DNA of 58,043 nucleotides from Eubacteriales bacterium (GTDB lineage: Bacteria; Bacillota; Clostridia; Oscillospirales; CAG-272), in contig JAZNDG010000087.1 of assembly GCA_045587985.1 (NCBI GenBank), positions 1 to 58,043 on the forward strand, given 5' to 3'. Position numbers and translations under genes: made by a program. Of the stretch, positions 30,323-40,876 are shown piece after piece. The stretch's first letter is position 1, and every line of letters begins with the position of its first letter. Below the pieces are notes generated by a model that saw only the letters and a list, made by a program, of their open reading frames with translations, was not told the origin of the DNA and did not search any database.

Positions 30323-30924
30323 GCCTCATCCTCCGCCGAAAGCTCGTCCTCATTCACAAAGTAAAAGGTATCCTCGGGAAAATCAATAAGCGCGGCCTCT
30401 GCAACCGAAAGGGCGGTCCTTTCCCCCTTGAGAACGGCAAGCAGGCGAAGGCCAAAGGCCTCGGCCACTCCCATTCCGGCAGCGGTCGTAAAGCGGCCGT
30501 CCGTCACAATACGCTCATCGGTGATAAAGGCACCCTCAAGGCGGGAACGGAATTTCGGGCTCGGGTAGGAGGTGGCGCACAGGTTCTTCAAGAGCCCGCG
30601 GCGGCCAAGCAGGTAAGGCGCGGCACAAATGGCGGCCACGTGCGCTCCCTTTTCCTCGGCCATGGCAAGAAAACGGTCGGTATCGGGAGAGGCATCAAGG
30701 TTGTCCGAGCCGGGAAGTCCGCCGGGGAAGACCAGCATTTCCATATCGTCAGCCTTTACCTCGGTCGGCAGGATGTCGGCCGTCACGGCAATGCCGTGCG
30801 AGCCCGTTACCGTCTTTCCCGTGATGCCCACGGTCCTGACATCTACACCGCCCCTGCGCAGAATATCCACGGGGGCAAGTGCCTCGATTTCCTCAAAGCC
30901 ATCGGCAAGCAGAATATAAACCAT
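30319..30924 (-). CDS. DJ-1/PfpI family protein (YajL-like)
   Basis: GFEEIEA, PGGLPG, AAICAAP. Confidence 0.92.
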   Translation of the reverse strand: MVYILLADGFEEIEALAPVDILRRGGVDVRTVGITGKTVTGSHGIAVTADILPTEVKADDMEMLVFPGGLPGSDNLDASPDTDRFLAMAEEKGAHVAAICAAPYLLGRRGLLKNLCATSYPSPKFRSRLEGAFITDERIVTDGRFTTAAGMGVAEAFGLRLLAVLKGERTALSVAEAALIDFPEDTFYFVNEDELSAEDEA

Positions 30925-30944
30925 TTTAAAATTCTCCTTTTTTA

Positions 30945-33902
30945 TCATTCGTCAAACAGGCGGCGCTTTCTGTCCTCGTATTCGGCACGGGAGAGCAAAA
31001 GCTCACGCGGCTTGGCACCGCCGCGGGCCTCACCCACAATGCCCATCTCGCACATCGCATCAATAAAGCGCGAGGCACGGCCGAACCCAACACCGATGCG
31101 GCGCTGGAGGAGCGAGGTAGAGATGCTCCCGGTCGAGAAGGCGATATCCAGCGCCTGCTCAAACTTCGGGTCATCCAAAACGCCGTCAAGGCTTCCACCG
31201 CCCATCTCCTCCTCGTCACCGTCATCGCCGTTCTTTTGGGCGCACTTGGCGGTCTCCTTTTCGATGTCGGCAAGGATGGCATCGTCAAAGACGGCGCCGC
31301 CCACCCGCTCGGCCAGGAAGGAAACGACAGACTTGACCTCCTCGTCAGCCACAAACGCACCCTGCACGCGCTGGGGCGTTCCGGCAGGGGAGAAGAGCAT
31401 ATCACCCTGCGGCAGGAGCTTTTCGGCCCCCTGCATATCGAGAATGGTGCGCGAGTCCACCAGCTGATTGACGCGGAAGGCAATACGCGCGGGAATATTG
31501 ACCTTGATATCGCCCGTGATGACGTTGACGGACGGGCGCTGGGTACCGATGATCAGGTGAATACCGGCCGCGCGCGCCTTCTGCGCGATACGGCAGATCG
31601 AGGCCTCGACCATCTTGCGCGCCGTCATCATCAGGTCATTCAGCTCGTCAATGACGATCACGATCTTCGGCAGGGTAGGCAGACGGTTTTCTTCGCAGTA
31701 GGCGTTATAGCCCTTGATGTCGCGCACGCCGACCTCCTCGATCATATCGTAGCGCTTTTCCATTTCGTTGACTGCCCAGTTTAAGGCGCCTGCCGCCTTG
31801 GTCGGATCGGTCACCACCGGGATCAAAAGATGCGGTATCTTCGAATAGACGTTGAACTCAACCTTCTTCGGGTCGATGAGAATAAGTCGCACGTCCTCGG
31901 GGGATGCCTTGTAGAGAAGGCTGATAAGAAGCGAGTTGATACAGACCGATTTACCCATACCCGTGGCACCCGCGATCAGCATATGCGGCGCCTTCGAAAT
32001 ATCAAAGAAAACAGGTGTTCCGGTGACATCGCAGCCGATGGCCACGGTGGTCTTCGATGCGGCATCGCGGAAGGTATCGGTATCAAGGAGCGAGCGGATC
32101 CGCACGGGGGGTGACTTGCGGTTCGGCACCTCCACGCCGATCGAGCTCTTGTTGGGGATGGGCGCCTCGATACGCACGCCCTGCGTGCTCAGCTTCTGGG
32201 TAATGTCATCGGCGTAGGAGGCAACCTTTGAAACGCGGATGCCCGCCTTCTGCACAAACTCGTAGCGGGTGATACGCGGGCCGCGTGTGTAGCCGGTGAT
32301 GGTAATGGGAATTCCAAAGCTCTCAAGCGTCTTTACCAGCGTGTCGGCGTTTTTCTGGATCTCCTCCTCGTTGGTATCCTCGGAAAGCGCGGGGATTTGT
32401 AAAAGCGTGGTTGGCGGGAACTCGTAAGCAGGGCCTACCTTCACACTCGGGCTTACTCTTTTCGCCGTGTGCGTTTCGGTCCTCTCTACCAGGGTGTCAC
32501 CCTCGCGCACAGCCGCCCTCATGGGCACATCCTCGCTTGCAAGCGGCAGGATCGGGGCGGTGGCGGGCGCAGGCTCAAAGCGCGGCGCTTGCGATGCGGC
32601 CTCGTACGCAGGGACGGGGGTATCCTCTATGGGCGCGGCGGGTGGCGCATAGGGCACTGTGTACACCCGTGTCGGCTCTGTTACGGTGATGCGGCGGAAA
32701 TCCTCCACACCGCGGAAGGGAGCCGTTTCGTCCGCCTCCTTGGCAAGAGAGGCGATCGCATCGGCACGCATCCCCGTGATGCTTCCCGCAGAAGCACCGA
32801 TGGGCGCTTCGGGCGCGCTGTCGGCAGGCTCTGTGATGGTAGAGGGGCGCAGATCGGATACGGCGTAGGTATGGATGCCGTCATGACTGCGCAGACGTTC
32901 GCGGACTCGTTCCTCCTTGAAGGCGCGCAGCTCGGCCTCGGGATCTCTTTTTTCGGTCGGCTCGGCAGGGCTTTCCTTTTGCGTGGCGGTCGGGGCTGTG
33001 AAAAGATCGGCAAAGCGGCGCTGCTTGCCCTCCTGCACCCCGCTCTCCTCGGCGGCCTCGGCGGCCTCGGCGGGCGCAGGCATTTCCTCTTCACCCTCGG
33101 CCTTGCTCTCGGCAAGCCCGTCAAGGAGTGCCTCGTTTCTGGCACGGCGCTCGGCGGCGATCCTTTCGGCCTCGGCGGCAATTTTTTGGTCCTTTTCCTT
33201 CTTTCGTGCATCACGGCGGCTGCGGAGTGAGCGGAAGAGCGCGCGGACGATGATATCCGGGCTAAAGCCGAAGCCGAAGATACCGTAAAGCAAAACCGCA
33301 AGCGCCACGAGCACGATGGTTAAGATCGGTCCGACCAGACGGTAAAGGATCCACCCGACGAGCGCGCCGAAGAAACCGCCGCGGAGGGGGGCGGGGGAGG
33401 CATAATCAAAGTAAGCACCGGCATCCAGCGTGATCGTTTCCTTCGGGATGGTTCCGGCGATCGCTTCGATCGGAAGGGTGACAACGTAAATAAGGGCCAG
33501 GATCAGCGTGATCACGCTGAAGAGGACCAGGCTCTTGCGGAGCAGCCGCCCCTCGGCCACAAGCCGGCGGTGAAAGATGCCGAGAAGGAAGAAAAGGATC
33601 GGAAGCGCATAGGCGGCGTATGAGAAAAGGGAAAGGAAGAGGAAACGCAAAAGATCGCCGACAATGCCGCCGCCGTTTGTATAAAGACAAAGGCCGGACA
33701 GGATCGCAAGGGCGATCCAGACGTACGGCATGGCAATATTGAGCTTGCTGTTCGGATTTCTGCGTGCATCCAGGCGGGAAAGACGGTCGCTGTTCTGCTC
33801 CTCCCGTTCCTTCTGGGTGCTGGGCAGGAAGTCGTTTTCCTTTTTCTTTCGCTTTCCCTTTCCGAAAAGATGAAAGCTTCCCTTTGAGGATTTAGACGGC
33901 AT
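30945..33902 (-). CDS. ftsK: DNA translocase FtsK/SpoIIIE
   Basis: N-terminal TM region, RIEAPIP, GATGMGKS, IDPKKVE, QKARAAGIH, gamma domain LLQRR. Confidence 0.95.
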   Translation of the reverse strand: MPSKSSKGSFHLFGKGKRKKKENDFLPSTQKEREEQNSDRLSRLDARRNPNSKLNIAMPYVWIALAILSGLCLYTNGGGIVGDLLRFLFLSLFSYAAYALPILFFLLGIFHRRLVAEGRLLRKSLVLFSVITLILALIYVVTLPIEAIAGTIPKETITLDAGAYFDYASPAPLRGGFFGALVGWILYRLVGPILTIVLVALAVLLYGIFGFGFSPDIIVRALFRSLRSRRDARKKEKDQKIAAEAERIAAERRARNEALLDGLAESKAEGEEEMPAPAEAAEAAEESGVQEGKQRRFADLFTAPTATQKESPAEPTEKRDPEAELRAFKEERVRERLRSHDGIHTYAVSDLRPSTITEPADSAPEAPIGASAGSITGMRADAIASLAKEADETAPFRGVEDFRRITVTEPTRVYTVPYAPPAAPIEDTPVPAYEAASQAPRFEPAPATAPILPLASEDVPMRAAVREGDTLVERTETHTAKRVSPSVKVGPAYEFPPTTLLQIPALSEDTNEEEIQKNADTLVKTLESFGIPITITGYTRGPRITRYEFVQKAGIRVSKVASYADDITQKLSTQGVRIEAPIPNKSSIGVEVPNRKSPPVRIRSLLDTDTFRDAASKTTVAIGCDVTGTPVFFDISKAPHMLIAGATGMGKSVCINSLLISLLYKASPEDVRLILIDPKKVEFNVYSKIPHLLIPVVTDPTKAAGALNWAVNEMEKRYDMIEEVGVRDIKGYNAYCEENRLPTLPKIVIVIDELNDLMMTARKMVEASICRIAQKARAAGIHLIIGTQRPSVNVITGDIKVNIPARIAFRVNQLVDSRTILDMQGAEKLLPQGDMLFSPAGTPQRVQGAFVADEEVKSVVSFLAERVGGAVFDDAILADIEKETAKCAQKNGDDGDEEEMGGGSLDGVLDDPKFEQALDIAFSTGSISTSLLQRRIGVGFGRASRFIDAMCEMGIVGEARGGAKPRELLLSRAEYEDRKRRLFDE

Positions 33903-34105
33903 AGGGTTTCCTTTCCTTTGGCTTTTGGTAGAAGCGGCGCCGCCCATGGATTGGCAGCGCGGGCGGTGTATAGGATGCCCTAATGGGCATCACACTTTCT
34001 ATGATACCAAATCCGGAGAAAAAATACAAGCCTTTGCTCCCTATTTTTGCCCCGGAAGACAAAAATATGTATAAAATCCTACTGTATAAAGGAGTGTGCC
34101 CTGCC

Positions 34106-34483
34106 GTGAACACAAAAGTAAAGTCGCCGCTTTCTTCCTTCCTCCTCTATGCCGCATCCGTGCTTTCGGGTGCTCTTTGCGGCTTTCTTGGAACGGGCGG
34201 CGGTATGCTGCTCCTCTTTTCTCTGCGCTTCCTCCACCCGGATGAAGAGAAGGAAAATATGGCAATTTGCACGGCATGTGTCCTCCTTTTCTCTATTTTG
34301 ACAACGATACTATACAAAATCGAGGGGCATATGGACGGTGTTGGCATCGCCCTCATTCTTCTGCCGTCCCTTCTCGGCGGCGCCGTAGGATCGCTCCTGC
34401 TCGGTCGCATCCACCTTCTATTTTTAGACCTTGTCCTCTCGCTGCTTCTCGTTTATGCAGGTCTTTCCCTTATTCTCGGATGA
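34106..34483 (+). CDS. TauE/SafE (TSUP) half-size membrane protein
   Basis: GFLGTGGG, GGAVGS; GTG start with AAGGAG upstream. Confidence 0.7.
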   Translation: MNTKVKSPLSSFLLYAASVLSGALCGFLGTGGGMLLLFSLRFLHPDEEKENMAICTACVLLFSILTTILYKIEGHMDGVGIALILLPSLLGGAVGSLLLGRIHLLFLDLVLSLLLVYAGLSLILG

Positions 34484-34860
34484 TGGCTGTTATTACCTTT
34501 TTGTGTGCCGTCCTTTGCGGCCTTGGGGTGGGGAGCGGCGGCCTTTTCCTTCTTTACCTTCTGCGCGCCCTTTCGATGCCGCAGTACGCGGCGCAGGGGA
34601 CGAATCTCCTTTTCTTTTGCTTTGCCACCCTTGCCTCCACCCTTACAAGCCTCCGTGCGGGCAGGCTCCCTCTTGGTCGGCTTCTCCCTCTTTTGCTTTT
34701 CGGCTCGCTCGGCGTCCTCGGCGGTGCGCTTCTTACCCTCGTTCTTCCCGCACAGACAGCGCGGGCGGGCTTTGGTGCCTTTATGCTGCTTGGCGGACTT
34801 TATACCCTTTTCGGGCGCGTGCTCGCACCGCTCCTTGCAAGGAAAAGAAAAAAGGAATAG
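34483..34860 (+). CDS. TauE/SafE (TSUP) half-size membrane protein
   Basis: GLGVGSGG, AQGTNLLFF; TGATG coupling to the previous gene. Confidence 0.72.
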   Translation: MAVITFLCAVLCGLGVGSGGLFLLYLLRALSMPQYAAQGTNLLFFCFATLASTLTSLRAGRLPLGRLLPLLLFGSLGVLGGALLTLVLPAQTARAGFGAFMLLGGLYTLFGRVLAPLLARKRKKE

Positions 34861-34876
34861 AGGGATGCCAAATCCC

Positions 34877-34905
34877 TTGACAAATCGGCGGTGATTGTCT
34901 ATAAT
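34877..34905 (+). promoter_or_regulatory. Sigma-A promoter of cysS
   Basis: TTGACA-17-TATAAT. Confidence 0.85.
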
Positions 34906-34941
34906 GTAGAGGAATATATAATCTTTTTATGAGGTTTTGCC

Positions 34942-36348
34942 ATGATCAAGCTCTACAACACCCTTACCGCCCGCCGCGATCCCTTTGTCCCGATCGAGGA
35001 GGGGAAGGTGAAAATGTACGCCTGCGGCCCTACGGTCTATAATTTCTTTCACGTGGGCAACGCGCGTTGCTTTGTGCTTTTTGATATGCTCCGCCGCTAC
35101 TTTGAGTACCGCGGGTACGAGGTCACCTTCGTGCAGAATTTTACCGACATTGACGATAAGGTGATCCGCCGCGCCAATGAAGAGGGGGTTGACTATACCG
35201 ATATTGCCGAGCGCTATATCAAGGAGTATTTCACCGATGCCAAGGGGCTCGGTGTCCGTCCTGCCACCGTTCATCCCCATGCCACCGAGAATATGGATAC
35301 CATTATACATATCGTGTCGGATCTTGTGAAAAAGGGCTATGCCTATCCTATGGATGGGGACGTGTATTTCCGCACCCGCCGTTTCGGCGGATACGGCAAG
35401 CTTTCGGGGCAGGCCATTGAGGATCTTGAGTCGGGCGCGCGCATCGATGTCAACGATAAGAAGGAGGATCCGCTCGATTTCGCCCTTTGGAAGGCGGCAA
35501 AGCCGGGTGAGCCCTCCTGGCCCTCCCCCTTCGGAGAAGGCCGCCCCGGCTGGCATATTGAGTGCTCTGCCATGGTGCGCCGCTATCTTGGCGAAACGAT
35601 CGATATTCACTGCGGCGGCCAGGATCTGATCTTCCCGCATCATGAGAACGAGATCGCACAGTCCGAGTGCTGTAACGGTGCTCCGTTTGCGAATTTCTGG
35701 CTGCATAACGGCTATATCAACATTGATAACCGCAAAATGTCCAAGTCGCTCGGCAACTTCTTCACGGTGCGTGAGGTGGCCGAGAAATACGGCTATCTTC
35801 CGATCCGTTATTTCCTGCTCTCCTCGCATTACCGCAGCCCCATCAACTTCTCGGAGGAGGTGATCTCCCAGGCATCCTCCGCGCTTGAGCGTATCTTCAA
35901 CTGTGTTGACTCGCTCGCCTTCTACCGCACGGGTGCTACGGGGGATACACGCCCTGATGAAGCCGAGCTTGTTGCGGCCTTCCGTGCCACCCGCGATGCG
36001 ATGATCGAGGGGATGGATGACGATTTCAATACCGGTGCGGGCATTGCCGCCCTCTTTGACCTTGTCGCTCTTGTCAACAAGGCCATCGGCAGTGGGAATC
36101 TTTCGCGCGGTGCCTCGGATGTAGCCGATGAGCTGCTGACCGAAATGACCGAGCTTTTCGGCTTCGTGCGGGAAAAGCATGAGGATGCCGACCTTACTGC
36201 TTGGATCGAAGAACAGATTGCCGAGCGTGCTGCCGCCAAGCGTGAAAAGAACTATAAGCGCGCCGATGAGATCCGCGCCGCCCTTGCCGAGCGCGGCGTC
36301 ATTCTGCGCGATACCCCCCAGGGCACGACCTATACGATCGAGCAGTAA
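34942..36348 (+). CDS. cysS: Cysteine--tRNA ligase
   Basis: CGPTVY, HVGN, GRPGWHIECS, KMSKS. Confidence 0.98.
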   Translation: MIKLYNTLTARRDPFVPIEEGKVKMYACGPTVYNFFHVGNARCFVLFDMLRRYFEYRGYEVTFVQNFTDIDDKVIRRANEEGVDYTDIAERYIKEYFTDAKGLGVRPATVHPHATENMDTIIHIVSDLVKKGYAYPMDGDVYFRTRRFGGYGKLSGQAIEDLESGARIDVNDKKEDPLDFALWKAAKPGEPSWPSPFGEGRPGWHIECSAMVRRYLGETIDIHCGGQDLIFPHHENEIAQSECCNGAPFANFWLHNGYINIDNRKMSKSLGNFFTVREVAEKYGYLPIRYFLLSSHYRSPINFSEEVISQASSALERIFNCVDSLAFYRTGATGDTRPDEAELVAAFRATRDAMIEGMDDDFNTGAGIAALFDLVALVNKAIGSGNLSRGASDVADELLTEMTELFGFVREKHEDADLTAWIEEQIAERAAAKREKNYKRADEIRAALAERGVILRDTPQGTTYTIEQ

Positions 36349-36496
36349 CCGAAGAAAAAAACGACCCTATTGCCGCATTTTGGCCGTAGGGTCGTCCTTT
36401 TTCTTTTTTTAGGAAATTTGGACAGGAACTGAGGGTTTCCACCCGGGCGCCTTCCGCGTATAATGGAAGGGAAGGAAGATAGGGAGGGCCTACATA

Positions 36497-37078
36497 ATGG
36501 AACTTTTGCGCATTGGAGATAAGAAGCTGAAGGTGATGCTCAACGATGAGGACATGGAGAAATACCGCCTCGATCGGGAAACGCTGGATTATGACACCAC
36601 CGAAACGCGGAGCGCCTTCTGGCAGATTCTTGATGAGGCCAAGCACAAAACGGGATTTGATGCGGGCGCCGGCAAGCTGTTTGTGCAGGTCTATCCCTCT
36701 CGCGGAGGCGGATGTGAGCTGTACGTCACCTTAATGGAGGCGGAGGAGAGTGCGCATCGCCGCCGCTCGGCATCCGTGCGGGGGAGCGAGAGTGTTTACC
36801 GCTTTGAGAGCCTTTCGCTGCTGCTCACGGTCTGCAAAAAGCTGCACCTCCTCGGATACAGCGAGGAGAGCGCCGCCTATGCCGATGGGGGCGCCTATTA
36901 TCTTGTCATTCGAGAGAGACTTGAGAGCAGCATCATGAGCCCGAAGGCGCTCGGGGAATTCAGCTTTATTGAGGAATACGGTGTTCGCCTTTCGGGCGGT
37001 GCCCAGCTTGCAAGGCTCCGTGAGCACGGCAAGTGCCTTGATGGGGTAAGCGCCGTTGCTCGGTTTGCCGAGCTTTAA
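36497..37078 (+). CDS. mecA: Adaptor protein MecA-like
   Basis: KLKVML...DM, LFVQVYP..GGCELYVT, YRFESL. Confidence 0.75.
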   Translation: MELLRIGDKKLKVMLNDEDMEKYRLDRETLDYDTTETRSAFWQILDEAKHKTGFDAGAGKLFVQVYPSRGGGCELYVTLMEAEESAHRRRSASVRGSESVYRFESLSLLLTVCKKLHLLGYSEESAAYADGGAYYLVIRERLESSIMSPKALGEFSFIEEYGVRLSGGAQLARLREHGKCLDGVSAVARFAEL

Positions 37079-37110
37079 AAAAGCCTGCGGCTTGATCGCC
37101 GCAGGCTTTT
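37079..37110. terminator. Bidirectional terminator
   Basis: aaaagcctgcggc-ttgatc-gccgcaggctttt. Confidence 0.85.
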
Positions 37111-37113
37111 CCT

Positions 37114-37566
37114 TTAGATTTCTTCTCCCCGCTCAAGCGCCGCGATCATTTGAACGCGGGCCTCGTGGCGGCCACCCTCAAACTCGGTGGTGACAAAAAG
37201 ATCCGTGATGTCACGCGCCAGCCCCTGCCCGATCACGCGTGCACCGAGGCAAAGAATGTTGGCATCGTTGTGAAGCCGTGTCATGCGTGCCGAAAAGGTG
37301 TCGCCGCAGACGGCGGCGCGGATGCCGTCAAATTTGTTCGCCGCCATGCTCATGCCAATGCCGGTGCCGCAAACGAGAATACCGAGCGCCTCGGCATCCG
37401 CCTGTACGGCACGTGCCACGGCGGCCGCAAAAAGCGGATAATGGCAGGAGGCGGGGCTGTCGGTCCCAAGATCGAGAACCTGATAGCCCCCCTCGGTAAG
37501 ATGGGCCTTCAGGATCTCCTTCAACTCAAAGCCGGCGCTGTCTGCGCCCATGTATATCTTCTTCAT
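37114..37566 (-). CDS. rpiB: Ribose 5-phosphate isomerase B
   Basis: CGTGIGMSMAANK, HNDANILCLG, FEGGRH. Confidence 0.94.
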   Translation of the reverse strand: MKKIYMGADSAGFELKEILKAHLTEGGYQVLDLGTDSPASCHYPLFAAAVARAVQADAEALGILVCGTGIGMSMAANKFDGIRAAVCGDTFSARMTRLHNDANILCLGARVIGQGLARDITDLFVTTEFEGGRHEARVQMIAALERGEEI

Positions 37567-38297
37567 TTCGTGTCCTCTCCTTTATTTGTATCCTTCAGTC
37601 TTTCAAGACGTTCTCTTTCGGCCTGGGGCAGGCGGAGATACACGGGGCGCAAGCCTTCGTCACTGACCGTCCTCCCCTCGCACGCCATGCGATAGGCACA
37701 CCGCCCGACTGCCGCGGCGCTCTGTCCGCGCAGGGCAAGCGGGGTATCGGCCGGATGAACGCCGCTTTTTGCAAGCGCCTCCTTGGCGATCCCGTAGCCA
37801 TCCCCCACAAGGTAGATGGGCTCATCCCCCGGCAGCGCATGCAGCTCGGCCGCAAGGTCGTCAAGCGAGATGGCGCGGTCCTGTGTGATTCGCTCGATCC
37901 CGCCCTCACTTCCCTTGAAAAGGGCATTATAGACCTGGTTTCTTCTTGCATCCATCACCGGGCAGAGAATGCCGCGCAGGGGAAAGAGATTTTCAGCGAG
38001 CGCAAGCAGGGAGGAAACCTCGGCACAGGGCTTTTTCTTTGCAAAGGCAAGCCCCTTGATGACCGATACGCCGATCCGTACCCCGGTAAACGAGCCGGGG
38101 CCTGCCGTACAGGCAAAAAGATCAATGTCATCGGGCGAAAGGGCACAGGAGGAAAGCAGCGATTCGCACATGGGGAGGAGAAGCTCACTGTGCGAGAGCG
38201 CGCCGGGATGGACGGTGTATTCGCAAAGCAAATTCCCATCCTCAAGAATGGCACAGGATGCGATCTTCGCGGTGCTGTCAAGGCATAAGATCTTCAT
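37563..38297 (-). CDS. tsaB: tRNA t6A biosynthesis protein TsaB
   Basis: HSELLLP, GPGSFTGVRIG, DARRNQVY, PVYLR. Confidence 0.95.
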   Translation of the reverse strand: MKILCLDSTAKIASCAILEDGNLLCEYTVHPGALSHSELLLPMCESLLSSCALSPDDIDLFACTAGPGSFTGVRIGVSVIKGLAFAKKKPCAEVSSLLALAENLFPLRGILCPVMDARRNQVYNALFKGSEGGIERITQDRAISLDDLAAELHALPGDEPIYLVGDGYGIAKEALAKSGVHPADTPLALRGQSAAAVGRCAYRMACEGRTVSDEGLRPVYLRLPQAERERLERLKDTNKGEDTK

Positions 38298-38733
38298 ATC
38301 CCTCTCCCTCAAAAAGAATTCTCCGCGCATCCTCCTCCTCGGTCCGCAGAATGGTAATGCGGAGTGCGTCATTCGGGATCTCCGAGCGGATGCGCTCGCT
38401 CCATTCGGACAGAATAAAGCCGTCACGCGCAAGATAGTCGTCATAGCCGATCGAGGTAAGATCGTCCTCATCCTCAATGCGGTACATATCAAAATGAAAG
38501 ATAGAGTGATCCCGCCCCTTATATTCGTTTACCACCGTGTAGGTGGGGCTCCGCGTGATCGCCCCGGGGCAAACGGCAGAGGCAAAGCCGCGGGTAAAGG
38601 TGGTCTTTCCCACCCCCATCTCGCCAAAAAAGGCGATGAAAAGGCGGCGCCTGCCCGATGCGAGCAGCCTCTCTCCGAGCGCCTTTGCCAGACCCTCGGT
38701 TTCTTCCGCCGAGGCAACGATGTATTCCTTCAT
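38278..38733 (-). CDS. tsaE: tRNA t6A biosynthesis ATPase TsaE
   Basis: GEMGVGKT, SPTYT, HFDMYR, EW. Confidence 0.95.
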   Translation of the reverse strand: MKEYIVASAEETEGLAKALGERLLASGRRRLFIAFFGEMGVGKTTFTRGFASAVCPGAITRSPTYTVVNEYKGRDHSIFHFDMYRIEDEDDLTSIGYDDYLARDGFILSEWSERIRSEIPNDALRITILRTEEEDARRILFEGEGYEDLMP

Positions 38734-38743
38734 AAAAGCTCCT

Positions 38744-39928
38744 TTATCGGGTGGCGGCAAGATAGGCATCCTTCCCGCTCCCAAAGAGATAGGAAAGGGC
38801 GGCCTCGTATTCCCGGGCGGCGGCCGCCGCGCGCTCCTCCTTACCGGCTGCACGGTCCTTGACCGCACGCAGAAGCGTGTTCTTTGGCGTATTTTCGGGG
38901 TCGGTCAGCTCAAGCGCCGTCACACGGTAGCCGGCGGCAGAAAGGCGCAGGGTGCGCAGCCCATCGGTCAGCGCCTCCGAAAGCTTTTGGCGCAGCTGGG
39001 GCTCACGGCTGACAAAGCGGAGCGGCGCGGCAGCAAGGTGACGGCCGAGCGTGCGGTGACAGCAGGGGGTCGAAAGAATGACCTCCGCCCCAAGCGAAAC
39101 GGCGGTTTCAAGGACAAGATCGGTCGCAATGTCGCAGGCATGGAGCGACACCACAAGGTCGGGCTTCTCCCTTGGGGTGTTACGCACATCATCGGCAAGA
39201 AAGCGCATGCCCGTAAAGCCAAGGCGGCGTGCACCGTCTGCACAAAAGGTGATCACGTCCTCCTTAAGATCAAGGCAAAGCATATCTACCTTGCGCCCGA
39301 GGGTGGTAGCGAAATAGTGATATACGGCAAAGCTTAAATAGCTTTTACCGCAGCAAAGGTCAAAGATCTTGAGCGTGCCCTCCTTCGGCAGGGCGGGCAC
39401 AATGTCGGAAAGATGCTCAAGAAAACGGTTGATCTGCCGGAATTTCGCCTGCTTTTTGTCGTGGATGCGGCCGGCGGCATCGGCGATCTCAAGGACCTTT
39501 AAAAAGGGCTCGTCCCCCGCAAGGATATGCTTTTTCTTGCGGTCAAGCCCATCCTGTGGCAGCGTGACGGCTACCGCGCCGAGCTTGGCGGGGAAAGCCC
39601 GCTTCATAAGAAGCACATCACGCCCCGAGCCTGCGCGGCGGTATTCGGCATTTCCTTCGCTCGTCAAAAGATTGATCTGTGCATACGGCTCGGCAAGCGA
39701 TGCAAGTGCCGATGGATCAAGCGGGAGCGGAAGGCGGGTGTGATGCACCTTTCCGTCCTTGAAGGATTCCTCAAGCGCCAGGACACTTTCGCCTCTGAAA
39801 AGGCAGAGCCGCCCCGAGATCCTCTCGGGTGCTTCCCCCGTTGGTCTTGAGAGCACAAGACGGTTGAGCGCGCCGCTTTCTGCGGCCCGCGTGGCAAGGA
39901 GAAGGAGCTCGCTTTTCTTATTTTCCAT
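38744..39928 (-). CDS. Class I SAM-dependent methyltransferase
   Basis: KFRQINRFLE, DLCCGKSYLSF, LHACDIATD, PCCH, TPKN. Confidence 0.85.
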   Translation of the reverse strand: MENKKSELLLLATRAAESGALNRLVLSRPTGEAPERISGRLCLFRGESVLALEESFKDGKVHHTRLPLPLDPSALASLAEPYAQINLLTSEGNAEYRRAGSGRDVLLMKRAFPAKLGAVAVTLPQDGLDRKKKHILAGDEPFLKVLEIADAAGRIHDKKQAKFRQINRFLEHLSDIVPALPKEGTLKIFDLCCGKSYLSFAVYHYFATTLGRKVDMLCLDLKEDVITFCADGARRLGFTGMRFLADDVRNTPREKPDLVVSLHACDIATDLVLETAVSLGAEVILSTPCCHRTLGRHLAAAPLRFVSREPQLRQKLSEALTDGLRTLRLSAAGYRVTALELTDPENTPKNTLLRAVKDRAAGKEERAAAAAREYEAALSYLFGSGKDAYLAATR

Positions 39929-40673
39929 CTTCCTTGTCCTCATGGCTCTTCGAGGAGTGGAAGGAAAACTTGTTTTCCTCGTGCCGCCAGAGCCGCCCGA
40001 TGTTGGCGCGGTGGCAGATGATCACGATCAGGGTAAAGACAAGGCCGAGAAGGACGATCCCCCCCTCAAAGAAGGCATCGGGATCCTCGGTAAAGATAAA
40101 GGCCTGCATATAGCCCTGCAGGGCAATGGGGAGAAGCGCGGCCACTACGATCGAGCCGAGCGAGATATACTTGGTAAACCAAACGATCAGAATAAAGGCG
40201 ATGAGGAGAACCAGGAAGACGGGCGGGCAAAGGATCAGGATGGATACCGCCGTGCAAAGCACCCCCTTGCCGCCGCGGAAGCCGTAAAAGACCGGCTTGA
40301 TGTGGCCGATAACACAGAAAATGGCCGCAAGATAGCAGGCAGGGCTGAAGGAGAGGGCCAGCCGATAGCCAAAGCCGCAAAGAAGCCCGGCGACAAGAAT
40401 GGAGAGTGCGGTCTTCAGAATATCACCGAGGAGGGTAAAGGCGGCGGCGCGCTTTCCGTAAATGCGGTACATGTTGGTAAGCCCCGCGTTGCCGCTCCCC
40501 TTTGTCCTGATATCCTCGCGGTAGATAAGGCGGGAAACGAGCACTGCGCTGTTTAAGCTCCCGAGGAGATAGGCGGCCAGGAGAATAAGGCCAAGCAGCC
40601 AGTAGGGGAGCGCCTGTGCGCCGGGGACTATTTTCGTGGAATAAAGACCTTTTTGAAGAATTTCTGCAAGCAT
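39918..40673 (-). CDS. plsY: Glycerol-3-phosphate acyltransferase PlsY
   Basis: YLLGS, GSGNAGLTN, GGKGV, HRANIGRL. Confidence 0.93.
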   Translation of the reverse strand: MLAEILQKGLYSTKIVPGAQALPYWLLGLILLAAYLLGSLNSAVLVSRLIYREDIRTKGSGNAGLTNMYRIYGKRAAAFTLLGDILKTALSILVAGLLCGFGYRLALSFSPACYLAAIFCVIGHIKPVFYGFRGGKGVLCTAVSILILCPPVFLVLLIAFILIVWFTKYISLGSIVVAALLPIALQGYMQAFIFTEDPDAFFEGGIVLLGLVFTLIVIICHRANIGRLWRHEENKFSFHSSKSHEDKEDGK

Positions 40674-40876
40674 ACCGTTTCTCTTTCCGACACGCGCGGC
40701 ACCGATGTCCCAAGGGGGGGCGGCACGCCATGTCTTTTGCAAGCGCTTTTGCGCGCTATATTCCTCTTATATCATATAACAAAAGACATATTAAGTCAAT
40801 AGGGAAGGGAGTTTTTCGAAACTTCTTGTGTTTTTCGGCCTCATCTGCTATACTGAAAGAAAAAAGGAGGTGCCGT

